Made by a program: the position numbers and the translations under genes | Shown here: in pieces, positions 17,175-26,483 of the stretch | Layout of the letters: every line of letters begins with the position of its first letter | Numbering within the stretch: position 1 is the stretch's first letter | The notes under the pieces: model-generated | What the model was told of the DNA's origin: nothing | The model's input: the letters and a program-made list of their open reading frames with translations, nothing else | The model's database searches: none | Source: Candidatus Pacearchaeota archaeon | Lineage (GTDB): Archaea > Nanobdellota > Nanobdellia > Pacearchaeales > GW2011-AR1 | Reading direction: 5' to 3' | Assembly (NCBI GenBank): GCA_017608405.1 | Contig: JAFCFX010000001.1 | Span: 7,667 to 71,666, forward strand | Length of the DNA stretch: 64,000 bases

Positions 17175-17205
17175 AGAAAAGTTTATATAGTTTTGTAGTG
17201 CCTAA
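17132..17205 (+). repeat. Three 12-bp direct repeats TGTRGTGCCTAA at a 31-bp period over the glyS promoter
   Basis: Copies at 17132-17143, 17163-17174, 17194-17205; TTTATATA at 17182-17189 lies between copies 2 and 3. Confidence 0.9.
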
Positions 17206-17210
17206 GTATA

Positions 17211-18860
17211 ATGGCATTTGTTGTTAAGAAAGTGATTTATGGGAAAGAATATTATTATCTTAATGAAAATAAGAGGGTTGATGGAAAAGTAAAGACAAAG
17301 ACACTTGCTTATCTTGGTAAGACAAGAAAAGATGCAGAAAAAAAAGCTAAGCAGATCTTAGAGCAGAATGTGGGTGAGAAAAAAAAGAAAAAACCACCTG
17401 TTCAGTTGATAAAATCTGAGATTTCTATTGAAGATATGGCTGTTTTTTGTAAAAGAAAGGGTTTTGTTTATCAATCAGGCGATATTTACGGGGGATTGGC
17501 AGGATTTTGGGATTTTGGATATTTGGGTGTTGAATTGAAAAGTAATCTTGAGCATGAATGGTGGAAATCCCATGTAAGTCAAAGAGAGGACATAGTGGGG
17601 ATTGACGGCTCAATAATCACCAATCCTAAGGTTTGGGAAGCTTCTGGTCATGTTGAGAATTTTAATGATATTGCTGTGGTTTGTAAAAAATGCAAAAAAG
17701 CAACAAAGTTAGATAAGTCTGAATTAGGAAAAGTTAAATGTGAGTGTGGAGGAGAATATGAAAATAAAGGCGAGTTTAATCAATTGTTTGAAAGTAATGT
17801 TGGACCTTTAAATTCACAAAAAATTTATTTAAGACCAGAGACTGCGCAACTGATGTTTACTAATTTTAAATTTGTTTATGATAATGCAAGAATGAAATTG
17901 CCTTTTGGAATTGCTCAGGTTGGAAAAGCTTTTAGAAATGAAATTGCTCCAAGAGATTTTTTATTTAGGTGTAGAGAATTTAATCAAATGGAAGTTGAGT
18001 ATTTTATTAATTCTAATGAAGATTGTTCATATAAGATCCCAGAAGTAGTTATTTTGATTTATTCTGCAGAAGCACAAGAAAAAAATAAAGAACCTTTAAA
18101 GATGAAGATTTCAGAAGCATTAAAGAAAAAGATTATTAAAAAAGATTGGCATGCATATTGGCTTGCAATAGAATTTTTATGGTTTAAAAATTTGGGGGCA
18201 GATCCTGATAAGTTTAGAATACGGCAGCACACCAAAGAAGAACTTGCACATTATTCAAGTGATTGTTGGGATTTAGAATATAATTTTCCTTTTGGTTGGA
18301 AAGAGCTGGAAGGGATTGCAGATAGAGGAGATTATGATTTAAGTCAGCATGAAAAAGTTTCAAAAAAAGATTTAAAGATTTTTGATGAGAAAAGTAAAAG
18401 TAAGATTTTGCCGTTTGTTGTTGCTGAACCCTCTCTTGGTCTTGAAAGATCTTTCTTAGTTTTTTTGTTTGATGCTTTTTATAAAAATAAAGAAGCAGGC
18501 AATGTTGTTTTGAGGTTGCACCCCAAACTTTCTCCGATCAAAGCTGCGATTTTTCCAATTGTTAAGCAACCAAAGTTTGAAAAGATTGCAGAAGAAATTG
18601 TAAATGATTTGAAAAAGGAATTTGTGATTGTTTACGATAAATCCGGGAGTATTGGAAGAAGGTATGCAAGGAATGATGAAGTTGGAACCCCTTTTTGCAT
18701 AACTGTCGATGGCGATTCTATAAAAAATAAGGATGTGACAATTAGGGACCGGGATACAACAAAACAGATTCGAGTAAAAAATTCCGATTTAAAAGAAGTT
18801 TTGAGAAAATTAATTAATAAAGAGATTGAATTTGAAAGAGCAGGTAAGTTGATTAGTTAA
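17211..18860 (+). CDS. glyS: Glycyl-tRNA synthetase (alpha2 type) with extra N-terminal basic domain
   Basis: YLRPETAQ, FRNEIAPRDFLFRCREFNQME, GIADRGDYDL, EPSLGLER, SIGRRYARNDEVGTP. Confidence 0.96.
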   Translation: MAFVVKKVIYGKEYYYLNENKRVDGKVKTKTLAYLGKTRKDAEKKAKQILEQNVGEKKKKKPPVQLIKSEISIEDMAVFCKRKGFVYQSGDIYGGLAGFWDFGYLGVELKSNLEHEWWKSHVSQREDIVGIDGSIITNPKVWEASGHVENFNDIAVVCKKCKKATKLDKSELGKVKCECGGEYENKGEFNQLFESNVGPLNSQKIYLRPETAQLMFTNFKFVYDNARMKLPFGIAQVGKAFRNEIAPRDFLFRCREFNQMEVEYFINSNEDCSYKIPEVVILIYSAEAQEKNKEPLKMKISEALKKKIIKKDWHAYWLAIEFLWFKNLGADPDKFRIRQHTKEELAHYSSDCWDLEYNFPFGWKELEGIADRGDYDLSQHEKVSKKDLKIFDEKSKSKILPFVVAEPSLGLERSFLVFLFDAFYKNKEAGNVVLRLHPKLSPIKAAIFPIVKQPKFEKIAEEIVNDLKKEFVIVYDKSGSIGRRYARNDEVGTPFCITVDGDSIKNKDVTIRDRDTTKQIRVKNSDLKEVLRKLINKEIEFERAGKLIS

Positions 18861-18950
18861 TTTTTTATTTTTTGGGCCAGAGATTTTTTCTACCAAAACT
18901 TTTTAAACAAGCGATTCGTTTTTATTTTAATTAAAAAGAGAGGTGCAAAG

Positions 18951-19136
18951 ATGGTAAGACTTAAGACACCAAAACAAATTACAGCGAAGATAAAGAGTTT
19001 GAGTAAGCAGGTTAAGGTGCTTGAAAAGAGGAAGAAAAAAATGGCTGACGCTGCAAAGAAAAAGAAAAAAAAGAAACCTGTGAAGAAGAAAAAAGCTGCA
19101 AAGAAAAAAGCCAAGAAAAGGAAGAAGAGAAGATAA
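18951..19136 (+). CDS. Small Lys/Arg-rich protein (coiled coil + basic tail)
   Basis: 61 aa; SD GAGGTG upstream; T-rich tract downstream. Confidence 0.75.
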   Translation: MVRLKTPKQITAKIKSLSKQVKVLEKRKKKMADAAKKKKKKKPVKKKKAAKKKAKKRKKRR

Positions 19137-19216
19137 GCAAAATATTTTTTATTTTTGAATTTTTTTAGTTAGGGCTTTGTGATAATGTTTTTAAACTATT
19201 TCTTTTTATTATTACT

Positions 19217-19585
19217 ATGCCTGATGATTGTATTTTTTGTAAGATAGCAAGTGGAGAAACCCCTACAGAAAAAATTATTGATGAAGATAATTTTTTTTCT
19301 ATTTTGAATAAGGATCCCCAATTAGAGGGGCATTCACTAATTATTTCAAAAAAACATTTTGAGACTGTTTTAGATATGCCTAATAGTTTAGGTCCTGAAT
19401 TTTTAGATTGTGCTAAAAAGACCGCCTCGAAGTTAATGGAAAAATATAATGCAGAAGGATTTAATTTAGCAAATAATATTTTTGAAGTAGCAGGTCAAAG
19501 TATTAAACATTTTCATTTTCATATTTTACCAAGAAAGAAAGGTGATGGGTATTCTTTAGCTTTGGGTGGAAAAGGTTCTCTTTAG
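19217..19585 (+). CDS. HIT family hydrolase
   Basis: DCIFCKI; GHSLII; HFHFHILPR histidine triad. Confidence 0.95.
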   Translation: MPDDCIFCKIASGETPTEKIIDEDNFFSILNKDPQLEGHSLIISKKHFETVLDMPNSLGPEFLDCAKKTASKLMEKYNAEGFNLANNIFEVAGQSIKHFHFHILPRKKGDGYSLALGGKGSL

Positions 19586-19653
19586 AAAATGTTGTTACTT
19601 TTATGTTAATACAACACCCCAATATTTAAAAAGGATTCTTTCTAGGAGGGATT

Positions 19654-19989
19654 ATGTTAGGGCAAAATAAAGGTAATCCAACTAAAAAGATTATCCAAAC
19701 AGGGGCTTATTGTTTAGTTAGTGGTGTTTGTTTATATTTTGCTAACGAGATGAGTTCTACAGTAAAAGATATCTTAGTCCAGAATAACATGACAATAAAG
19801 GATGTTTTTTTTAATCCTGAAGCCCCTATTACTGCTCCAATGTTGAAGGGTGCGGGTAGTTTTTGTGCAGGAATTATTCCAACAATAAGGTCAGGAATAA
19901 GTTTAGTAGATATTGCTCGTGGGGAATTTAGAACTAGACAAATGGAAACCTATTGGGATGATAGTATTGATTGGGCATTAAAAGATTGA
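19654..19989 (+). CDS. Hypothetical protein
   Basis: 111-aa ORF with GGAGGG SD. Confidence 0.6.
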   Translation: MLGQNKGNPTKKIIQTGAYCLVSGVCLYFANEMSSTVKDILVQNNMTIKDVFFNPEAPITAPMLKGAGSFCAGIIPTIRSGISLVDIARGEFRTRQMETYWDDSIDWALKD

Positions 19990-20045
19990 TTATTTGATAT
20001 ACTTTTTCTTAATAAGATCCCTTGCAATATTATCTATTTATTATT

Positions 20046-20064
20046 ATGTCTCTGAGGGGATTTT
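20046..20064 (-). repeat. 19-bp direct repeat of tRNA(CAT) 3' end (nt 56-73 + T)
   Basis: atgtctctgaggggatttt at 20046-20064 is identical to 20129-20147. Confidence 0.95.
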
Positions 20065-20128
20065 GGCTCAGAACAAGTTCTGGCCTGCGTTTTGATAAAT
20101 CAAAACACAAACCAAGGTTAAAATCATA
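20065..20128 (-). ncRNA. Putative structured tRNA-trailer element (second copy)
   Basis: Minus strand: GATTTTAACC (antisense of T-arm), GTTTGTGTTTTGA-TTTA-TCAAAACGCAGGC, CAGAA-CTTG-TTCTG, AGCC. Confidence 0.6.
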
Positions 20129-20129
20129 A

Positions 20130-20259
20130 TGTCTCTGAGGGGATTTTAACCCCCGACCTCTGCCTTTCTCAGTCAACACTGGAATCAAAGATTCCGTGAA
20201 TGTGTTTGAATAAATTCAAACCCATGAGAGCAGCGCTCTAAACCCTGAGCTACAGAGAC
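20130..20259 (-). tRNA. tRNA-Met(CAT) (elongator Met or Ile2) with 57-nt intron (20166-20222)
   Basis: GTCTCTG/CAGAGAC-A; GCTC/GAGC D stem; CTGCT/GGCAG stem; CTCA/TGAG BHB helix; atypical T-loop TTAAAAT. Confidence 0.88.
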
Positions 20260-20311
20260 CTATTTACAAGAATTAATTCATTTAAAAGTTTTAAGGTATA
20301 TAGAAAACTGT

Positions 20312-20521
20312 TTATTTTGCTAAGGGAATCTTGGGTTGACTTTCTTTTTCTTGTTTTTTTAATCTGGATAAAAAGCCAGCTAATTGATTTCTGATTTTTT
20401 TACTTGGCATTGTTTTCCCAAGTGTTTTTTTATTTTTTTCAAAATCTTCACTAAACTTAACATCTTTTTCTAAGAGTTTGCTTGCTGATTTTTTTACTGT
20501 CTTTGATTTTATTTTTCCCAT
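20312..20521 (-). CDS. rps17e: 30S ribosomal protein S17e (eS17)
   Basis: MGKIKSKTVKK...FSEDFEKNKK...SKKIRNQLAGF. Confidence 0.93.
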   Translation of the reverse strand: MGKIKSKTVKKSASKLLEKDVKFSEDFEKNKKTLGKTMPSKKIRNQLAGFLSRLKKQEKESQPKIPLAK

Positions 20522-20555
20522 GATAGAAAGGGGAGTTGGGGATTTTTAAAGGTTT

Positions 20556-21431
20556 TTATTTAATTTTTTCAAGTCCAGAAAGATCTTTTATTGCATGAAT
20601 GAAATTTTGTATTTTTTTTGTTGGTTCTCCTAGACTTAAGATTGTATAGGGAAGATTTATCTCAGATGCTCTTTTATGGGCTTTGATTATATCTGCCTCA
20701 GTTATTCTTTTTTTATTATATGCTACAAGAAGTTCTTCCCTTTGATTTTGTCTAACTTTTAATATTAATTCATTTTTACTAAATCCTTCAATACCTGCTA
20801 TTTCAATTGACTTTTCTTCTAAAAAATCTTTTACTTTATTAAAGAATTTTTCATTTGTTTTTTGTGTTGGTGTTTTTCTTTTAAGTGGCTTTTTTTTAGA
20901 CGCGTCGAAGATATCTAATTTTTTTTCAAATACTTTGCTCTTTTGGTCTTTTTCAATTTTTAACTTAGTTGCCATTGGTACTTCTAATTTTTGAGAAAAA
21001 GTTTGTTTTATTTTAAGTTCTGATTCTGGGACTGTTAAATATCTCCAATAAATTTCTTGATTTTTTTTAAAAGGGATTGCAAAGTCTTTAAGTGATCTCA
21101 AGGCCACTCTTATTGCAGGTTGTTGTTTTGTATCTTTTAGAAATTTTTTTTCTTTTAACAATACAAATGCTTCTTTTTCCTTAGTCTTAAGATGCTGTGC
21201 AAAATTTGCGATTAAAGGTTCTTGTCCTGGAATAAAATAAATTGGAGAGTTCCCCACTTTCATATGACTTATTTTAATCTTTTGATCTGAAATTAATTCT
21301 GATAAAAATGCCCCTGCAAAGAGCATACTTAATCCTATTCTTTGTGCAACATGAACTGGTAAGCTTGGGCCTCTTTGTCTAAGGATAATTAATATTTTTT
21401 CTTTTATTTCAGACGGATCTTGAACAGGCAT
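20556..21431 (-). CDS. Hypothetical protein with N-terminal winged-helix-like region
   Basis: KILIILRQRGPSLPVHVAQRIGLSMLFAGAFLSEL. Confidence 0.75.
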   Translation of the reverse strand: MPVQDPSEIKEKILIILRQRGPSLPVHVAQRIGLSMLFAGAFLSELISDQKIKISHMKVGNSPIYFIPGQEPLIANFAQHLKTKEKEAFVLLKEKKFLKDTKQQPAIRVALRSLKDFAIPFKKNQEIYWRYLTVPESELKIKQTFSQKLEVPMATKLKIEKDQKSKVFEKKLDIFDASKKKPLKRKTPTQKTNEKFFNKVKDFLEEKSIEIAGIEGFSKNELILKVRQNQREELLVAYNKKRITEADIIKAHKRASEINLPYTILSLGEPTKKIQNFIHAIKDLSGLEKIK

Positions 21432-21478
21432 AAATCGATTAAAGAATTAAGGATTATAAATATTTTTATGGCTTTGAG

Positions 21479-21793
21479 TTAGAATAAAGAAGAAGATATT
21501 AGGGCTATTATGTTTAGAATTATTAATGAGTTTAGAATTTTAAGTGTTTTTACTCTTTTTTTTATGCTTTCATTTATGTTGTATTTGTTTGAAAAAGTTG
21601 TTTTAAATATGGGATTTGCAGCAAATAATGTTAGATTGGTTATTTTATGAGTGAACTTGGTAGGGTTTAATTCATGGTATAAGCTTGGAGATTTATTTTT
21701 GATATCGCTCATTATGCTATTCAAATATAGGTATCTAATTATTGCTAGAACCATTAAGGTAACTGCTAGTATTATTGTAAGGTAGAGATTCAT
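21479..21793 (-). CDS. Small membrane protein
   Basis: Terminal hydrophobic helices; overlaps the endA stop. Confidence 0.65.
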   Translation of the reverse strand: MNLYLTIILAVTLMVLAIIRYLYLNSIMSDIKNKSPSLYHELNPTKFTHKITNLTLFAANPIFKTTFSNKYNINESIKKRVKTLKILNSLIILNIIALISSSLF

Positions 21794-22308
21794 GGCCTAA
21801 CCCAACCTACCTCATAATAACTAACATCTCCTTCTTCATCAAGAATTGCTAGTAAAAGTTTCTTTTTTGTGGAATGTGCAACACGATTTTTTGCACTGAA
21901 TTCGTGCCAGGTCAATCTTTTTGATTCGTGATCTGCAAATACAATCCATTTTGCATGTATTTTTCCTGGTTTTTTTCCTTTGTCATAGACTCTGAAATCT
22001 GCTCCAAATTTTAAGGCTGTTTTTACAATATATCCTTTTTCTCTTAAATTTTTAAACACAGGATATTTTAATTGGATTCTTTTATCTATTCTTTTGAATT
22101 TGTTTAATAGTTCTTTTTTTTCAATTTTTTTGTTTCTCGAGTAGATTTCTATTTTGTTTTTTTCAACTAAGAATAAAGCTTCTGATAAGGTATATTGAAT
22201 TTTTTCCCCAATACGTTCCCCAAAGCAAGATTTTTTGCACAAATTATGAGCTTCACTAGTATTGCTGGATACAATCTGTCCAATAATGTGTGCTTGTATT
22301 TTTTCCAT
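21790..22308 (-). CDS. endA: tRNA splicing endonuclease
   Basis: EALFL; KGYIVKTALKFGADFRVY...HAKW...RVAHSTKKKLLLA (Tyr/His/Lys triad); ATG 22308 preferred. Confidence 0.95.
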   Translation of the reverse strand: MEKIQAHIIGQIVSSNTSEAHNLCKKSCFGERIGEKIQYTLSEALFLVEKNKIEIYSRNKKIEKKELLNKFKRIDKRIQLKYPVFKNLREKGYIVKTALKFGADFRVYDKGKKPGKIHAKWIVFADHESKRLTWHEFSAKNRVAHSTKKKLLLAILDEEGDVSYYEVGWVRP

Positions 22309-22360
22309 GTTTTGAATACGAGAGGACAATATTTAAAAGTTCCTAAGTGATTGTTTTTAT

Positions 22361-24808
22361 ATGAAACATAATTTTAAAAGCATAGAGAAAAAATACCAAA
22401 AGAAGTGGGAATCTAAAAAAATATTTGTAGCTAGACAAGGTAAAGCTAAAGGTAAGAAGTTTTATGTTCTTGAAATGTATCCCTACCCCTCAGGAAGTGG
22501 GCTTCATATGGGACATGCTTTTAATTACATTGTTAGTGATGTTCTTGCAAGAATGAAAAGAATGCAGGGATTTAATGTACTCTATCCTGTTGGTTATGAT
22601 TCTTTAGGATTGCCTGCTGAAAATGCTGCAATAAAGAAAGGAATTCATCCTAAAAAACATACTGAAAAAGCGATTATTAATTTTATGAAACAACAAAAAG
22701 AATTGGGTTTGAGTTATGATTGGACTCGGCTTTTAGCAACTCATGATTCTGGTTATTATAAATGGGATCAATGGATTTTTCTTAAGATGTTTGAAAAAGG
22801 TTTAGCTTATAGAAAAAAATCAAGTGTTAATTATTGTAAAAAATGTAAAACTGTTTTAGCAAATGAACAAGTTCATAATGGAAAGTGTTGGAGACATCCA
22901 GATACTAGTGTTGAAATAAAACAATTAGAACAATGGTTTTTCAAGACTACAAAATATGCTGATGAGCTTTATCAAGGAATTGATAAACTAAGGAATTGGC
23001 CTGAGAGAATAAAATCTATGCAAAAAAACTGGATTGGTAAAAGCCATGGAACTGAAATTAATTTTAAGATAAATAATGAAGATTGGAAAATTTTTACAAC
23101 ACGTCCAGATACTGTTTTTGGTGTGACTTTTATGGTTGTTAGTGCACAACATCCAAAGCTTTTTGATTTAGTTACTGAGAAGCAAAAAAAACAAGTTGAG
23201 AAATTTTTAAAGAAAATAAAGTCAACATCTCAAGAAGATGCTGATAAACTAGATAAAGAAGGGGTATTTACAGGAGCATATGCTACTAATCCCCTAACTA
23301 AAGAAAAAATTCCTGTTTGGGTCGGAAATTTTGTTGTTGCTGATTATGGTAGTGGTATGGTTATGGCTGTTCCAGGTCATGACCAGAGAGATTATGAATT
23401 TGCTAAAAAATATAAATTAAAAATTAAACAAGTTGTTGAAAGTAAAGTTAAAGATTTTGCTTATGAGGGTGATGGAAAGCTGGTCAATTCTCCTGGTTTT
23501 AATGGATTAGATAATATTAAGGCAAAAGAAAAAATAACTAAATTTTTATTAAAGAAAAAGCTTGGAAAAAAAGCAGTTAAGTTTAAACTTAGAGATTGGT
23601 TAGTGAGTAGACAGAGATATTGGGGGACTCCAATTCCCATTGTTTATTGTGATAAATGCGGGATTGTGGCTGTGGATGAAAAAGATTTGCCTGTAAAACT
23701 TCCTGAAAAAGTTAAGTTTGGAAAAGGAAATCCTTTGGAAACTGCAAAATCTTGGGTAAATACAAAATGTCCAAAATGTAATTCAAAAGCTAGGCGTGAA
23801 ACAGACACAATGGATACTTTTGTTAATTCTTCATGGTATTTTTTAAGATATCTTGATGTTAAAAATAAGTCAAAGATTTTTGATGTGAAAAAAGCAAAAT
23901 ACTGGATGCCTATTGACCAATATATTGGGGGCGCAGAACACGCTTGTATGCATTTAATTTATTTTAGATTTTATACAAAATTTTTAAGGGATTTGGGTTT
24001 ACTAAAAATAGATGAACCAACTTATAATTTATTTAATCAAGGAATGCTCCATGGAAAAGATGGTTATGTTATGAGTAAGTCAAGGGGAAATGTTGTATTG
24101 CCAGAAAAAATATCAAAAAAATATGGTATTGATACTGCCAGGTTGTTTTTAATGAGTATAGCGACCCCAGATAAAGATATTGCCTGGAGCGACAAGGGAA
24201 TTGAAGGAAGTTTTAGATTTATTAATAAAGTAATGGATTATTTTCAAGAAGTTAAAATAGTAAAAAATCCCGATGCTAGGACAGAGAGCAAGTTGAATAA
24301 AACAATTATTGAAGTTACAGATTATATTTCTGAGTTTAAATATAATTTAGCTATAATTAAAATCAGGGAATTATTTAATTCACTTCCAAAGTCAATTAGC
24401 AAGGATGTTTTAGAAAACAGTTTAAAATTACTTAGTGTTTTTTGTCCACATATTACTGAAGAACTTTGGGGAAAAATTAGATCTAAAGGTTTTATTTCTT
24501 TGAGTAATTGGCCTAAGTTTGATAAAAAGAAAATAAATCTTAAATTTGAAAAACAAGATCAAGCAGTTGAAAAGATAGTTTCAGATATTATGAATATTTT
24601 AAAGATAATTAAAGCTAGAAAAGAAAAAAGAGATAAGGTTTTTGTTTATGTGATCCCAAATGAAAAAGAGCTTTATGATGAATCTGAGATAAGTAATAGA
24701 GTTAAAAAATTAGTTAGGATATTTGCAGTTAATGATAAGAATAAATATGATCCAACAAATAAATCTAAGAATACAAAGCCCTATCGTCCTAGCATTTATT
24801 TGGAGTAG
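22361..24808 (+). CDS. leuS: Leucyl-tRNA synthetase (bacterial-type core)
   Basis: PYPSGSGLHMGH; FTTRPDT; DWLVSRQRYWG; GGAEHA; VMSKSRGN. Confidence 0.97.
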   Translation: MKHNFKSIEKKYQKKWESKKIFVARQGKAKGKKFYVLEMYPYPSGSGLHMGHAFNYIVSDVLARMKRMQGFNVLYPVGYDSLGLPAENAAIKKGIHPKKHTEKAIINFMKQQKELGLSYDWTRLLATHDSGYYKWDQWIFLKMFEKGLAYRKKSSVNYCKKCKTVLANEQVHNGKCWRHPDTSVEIKQLEQWFFKTTKYADELYQGIDKLRNWPERIKSMQKNWIGKSHGTEINFKINNEDWKIFTTRPDTVFGVTFMVVSAQHPKLFDLVTEKQKKQVEKFLKKIKSTSQEDADKLDKEGVFTGAYATNPLTKEKIPVWVGNFVVADYGSGMVMAVPGHDQRDYEFAKKYKLKIKQVVESKVKDFAYEGDGKLVNSPGFNGLDNIKAKEKITKFLLKKKLGKKAVKFKLRDWLVSRQRYWGTPIPIVYCDKCGIVAVDEKDLPVKLPEKVKFGKGNPLETAKSWVNTKCPKCNSKARRETDTMDTFVNSSWYFLRYLDVKNKSKIFDVKKAKYWMPIDQYIGGAEHACMHLIYFRFYTKFLRDLGLLKIDEPTYNLFNQGMLHGKDGYVMSKSRGNVVLPEKISKKYGIDTARLFLMSIATPDKDIAWSDKGIEGSFRFINKVMDYFQEVKIVKNPDARTESKLNKTIIEVTDYISEFKYNLAIIKIRELFNSLPKSISKDVLENSLKLLSVFCPHITEELWGKIRSKGFISLSNWPKFDKKKINLKFEKQDQAVEKIVSDIMNILKIIKARKEKRDKVFVYVIPNEKELYDESEISNRVKKLVRIFAVNDKNKYDPTNKSKNTKPYRPSIYLE

Positions 24809-24873
24809 GATTAATTGTGTATTCACTTGAAAAAAGTAGTAAGGCTTATATATTTTGGAGGTTTTGGATTAAC

Positions 24874-26445
24874 ATGGTTAAGAAGAATTTATTTTTATTT
24901 TTGGCAGTGTTTTTTTTAATAGCAAATTTGCAATTTGCCTTTGCAATTGAAGGTAAGAGGGCGATTTTGAAAGAAGATAGATTGACTATTGATGAAATAA
25001 ATCAATTAATTAAGGAAAAAGGGGCTAGTTGGATTGCTAGGGAAAACCCTGTTTATAATCTTCCTGATGAAGAAAGAAAGAAAATGTATGGTTTAGAAAT
25101 TACTGCAGAAGATTTTATGAAAATCTTTGGAGATGAAGAAAGATTAATTGAAAGTAGTGGAGATCTTCCTGAATATTTTGATTGGACAGACTATCATGGA
25201 CAAAATTATATGACTCTTGTAAGAAATCAAGCTGCTTGCGGGGGGTGTTGGGCTTTTAGCACAATTGCAGCTTTAGAAGGAAATGCAAATGTTTTCTATA
25301 ATGATCCTAGTTTAGATTTAGATATGTCTGAACAAGATTTAATTTCTTGTTATATGGGGGACGGTTGTGATGGAGCTAATGAGGAAGAGATTGAATATGG
25401 ATTTAGTAATTATCTTAGAAATACAGGGGTTGCAACAGAATCTTGTTTTAGATTTACTGCTACTAACGATTTTTGCTCAAACAAGTGTGTTGATTGGCAA
25501 GATGATGCTTGGAAAATTTTAGGATATCGAGATGTAACCTTGAGTATGGATGCTATAAAACAAGCAATTATGGATTATGGTCCTGTTGCAGTTGGAATGA
25601 TTGTTTATGAGGATTTTCCTGCATATTCTGAAGGAATATATTCACATACAACAGAAGAAATTGAAGGATATCATTCTGTTGCTCTTGTTGGTTTTGGTGA
25701 GGAAAATGGAGTAAAATATTGGATTGCTAAAAATAGTTGGGCATATTGGTGGGGAGAGAGTGGATATTTTAGAATAAAAATGGGAGATTCAGAAATTGAT
25801 TCTTGGTTTGCTTTTGCAGTAACTCAACCAGATCCTCCTGAACCCCAAACTGTTCTTTGTACAGATGCAGATGCAGATGGTTATTGTTATTGGGGGATAG
25901 GAGATAAGCCTGGGACAGGTTGTCCTGCTTGTAATGATACTGTATTTGATTGTGATGATTCTGATCCTATGATGTTTGAAGGTTGTGGATTTTATCCTGC
26001 AGGACCAGGACTCTTAAATATAAGTTCAGATCCAACAAGTGCTAGGATTTATATTAAGAATTTATTGACTGGAGAATGGAATTATGTGAGCCAAACACCT
26101 TTTTTGTATTTATTAGATTCTGGTGAAAGAGAAATAAACCTTACTAAGTGGGGATATTATGATTATCTCACTACTATTTTAATTGAAGAAGATCTTACAA
26201 CTGATTTATTTGTTGTTTTAGAAAGAGAACCTTGTGGAGATGTTAATAATGATACTAAAATTAATATTTTAGATATTGTTTATTTGATTAATTATATTTA
26301 TAAGGAAGGGCCCGATCCAATTTGTTCTCCTATTGAAATGTGCGCAGATATAAATAATTATGGGGGGATAGATATCTTGGATGTTGTTTATTTGATAAAT
26401 TATGTTTATAAGGGGGGAGGTCCTCCTTGCGGTATCCCTGAATAA
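24874..26445 (+). CDS. Secreted papain-family (C1A) peptidase with PEGA-like and dockerin-like domains
   Basis: QAACGGCWAF, YHSVALVG, KNSW; two GDVNxD/ADINxY-ILDxVYLINY repeats; ATG 24874 after GGAGG. Confidence 0.9.
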   Translation: MVKKNLFLFLAVFFLIANLQFAFAIEGKRAILKEDRLTIDEINQLIKEKGASWIARENPVYNLPDEERKKMYGLEITAEDFMKIFGDEERLIESSGDLPEYFDWTDYHGQNYMTLVRNQAACGGCWAFSTIAALEGNANVFYNDPSLDLDMSEQDLISCYMGDGCDGANEEEIEYGFSNYLRNTGVATESCFRFTATNDFCSNKCVDWQDDAWKILGYRDVTLSMDAIKQAIMDYGPVAVGMIVYEDFPAYSEGIYSHTTEEIEGYHSVALVGFGEENGVKYWIAKNSWAYWWGESGYFRIKMGDSEIDSWFAFAVTQPDPPEPQTVLCTDADADGYCYWGIGDKPGTGCPACNDTVFDCDDSDPMMFEGCGFYPAGPGLLNISSDPTSARIYIKNLLTGEWNYVSQTPFLYLLDSGEREINLTKWGYYDYLTTILIEEDLTTDLFVVLEREPCGDVNNDTKINILDIVYLINYIYKEGPDPICSPIEMCADINNYGGIDILDVVYLINYVYKGGGPPCGIPE

Positions 26446-26483
26446 TTGGATACTTTTTTATAATTGTTTTAGTTTTGTTATCT

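Noticed and set aside
17132-17205. Mini CRISPR array
   Set aside because: Repeats of 12 bp and spacers of 19 bp are too short, one spacer is the BRE/TATA, and no cas genes are in the window.
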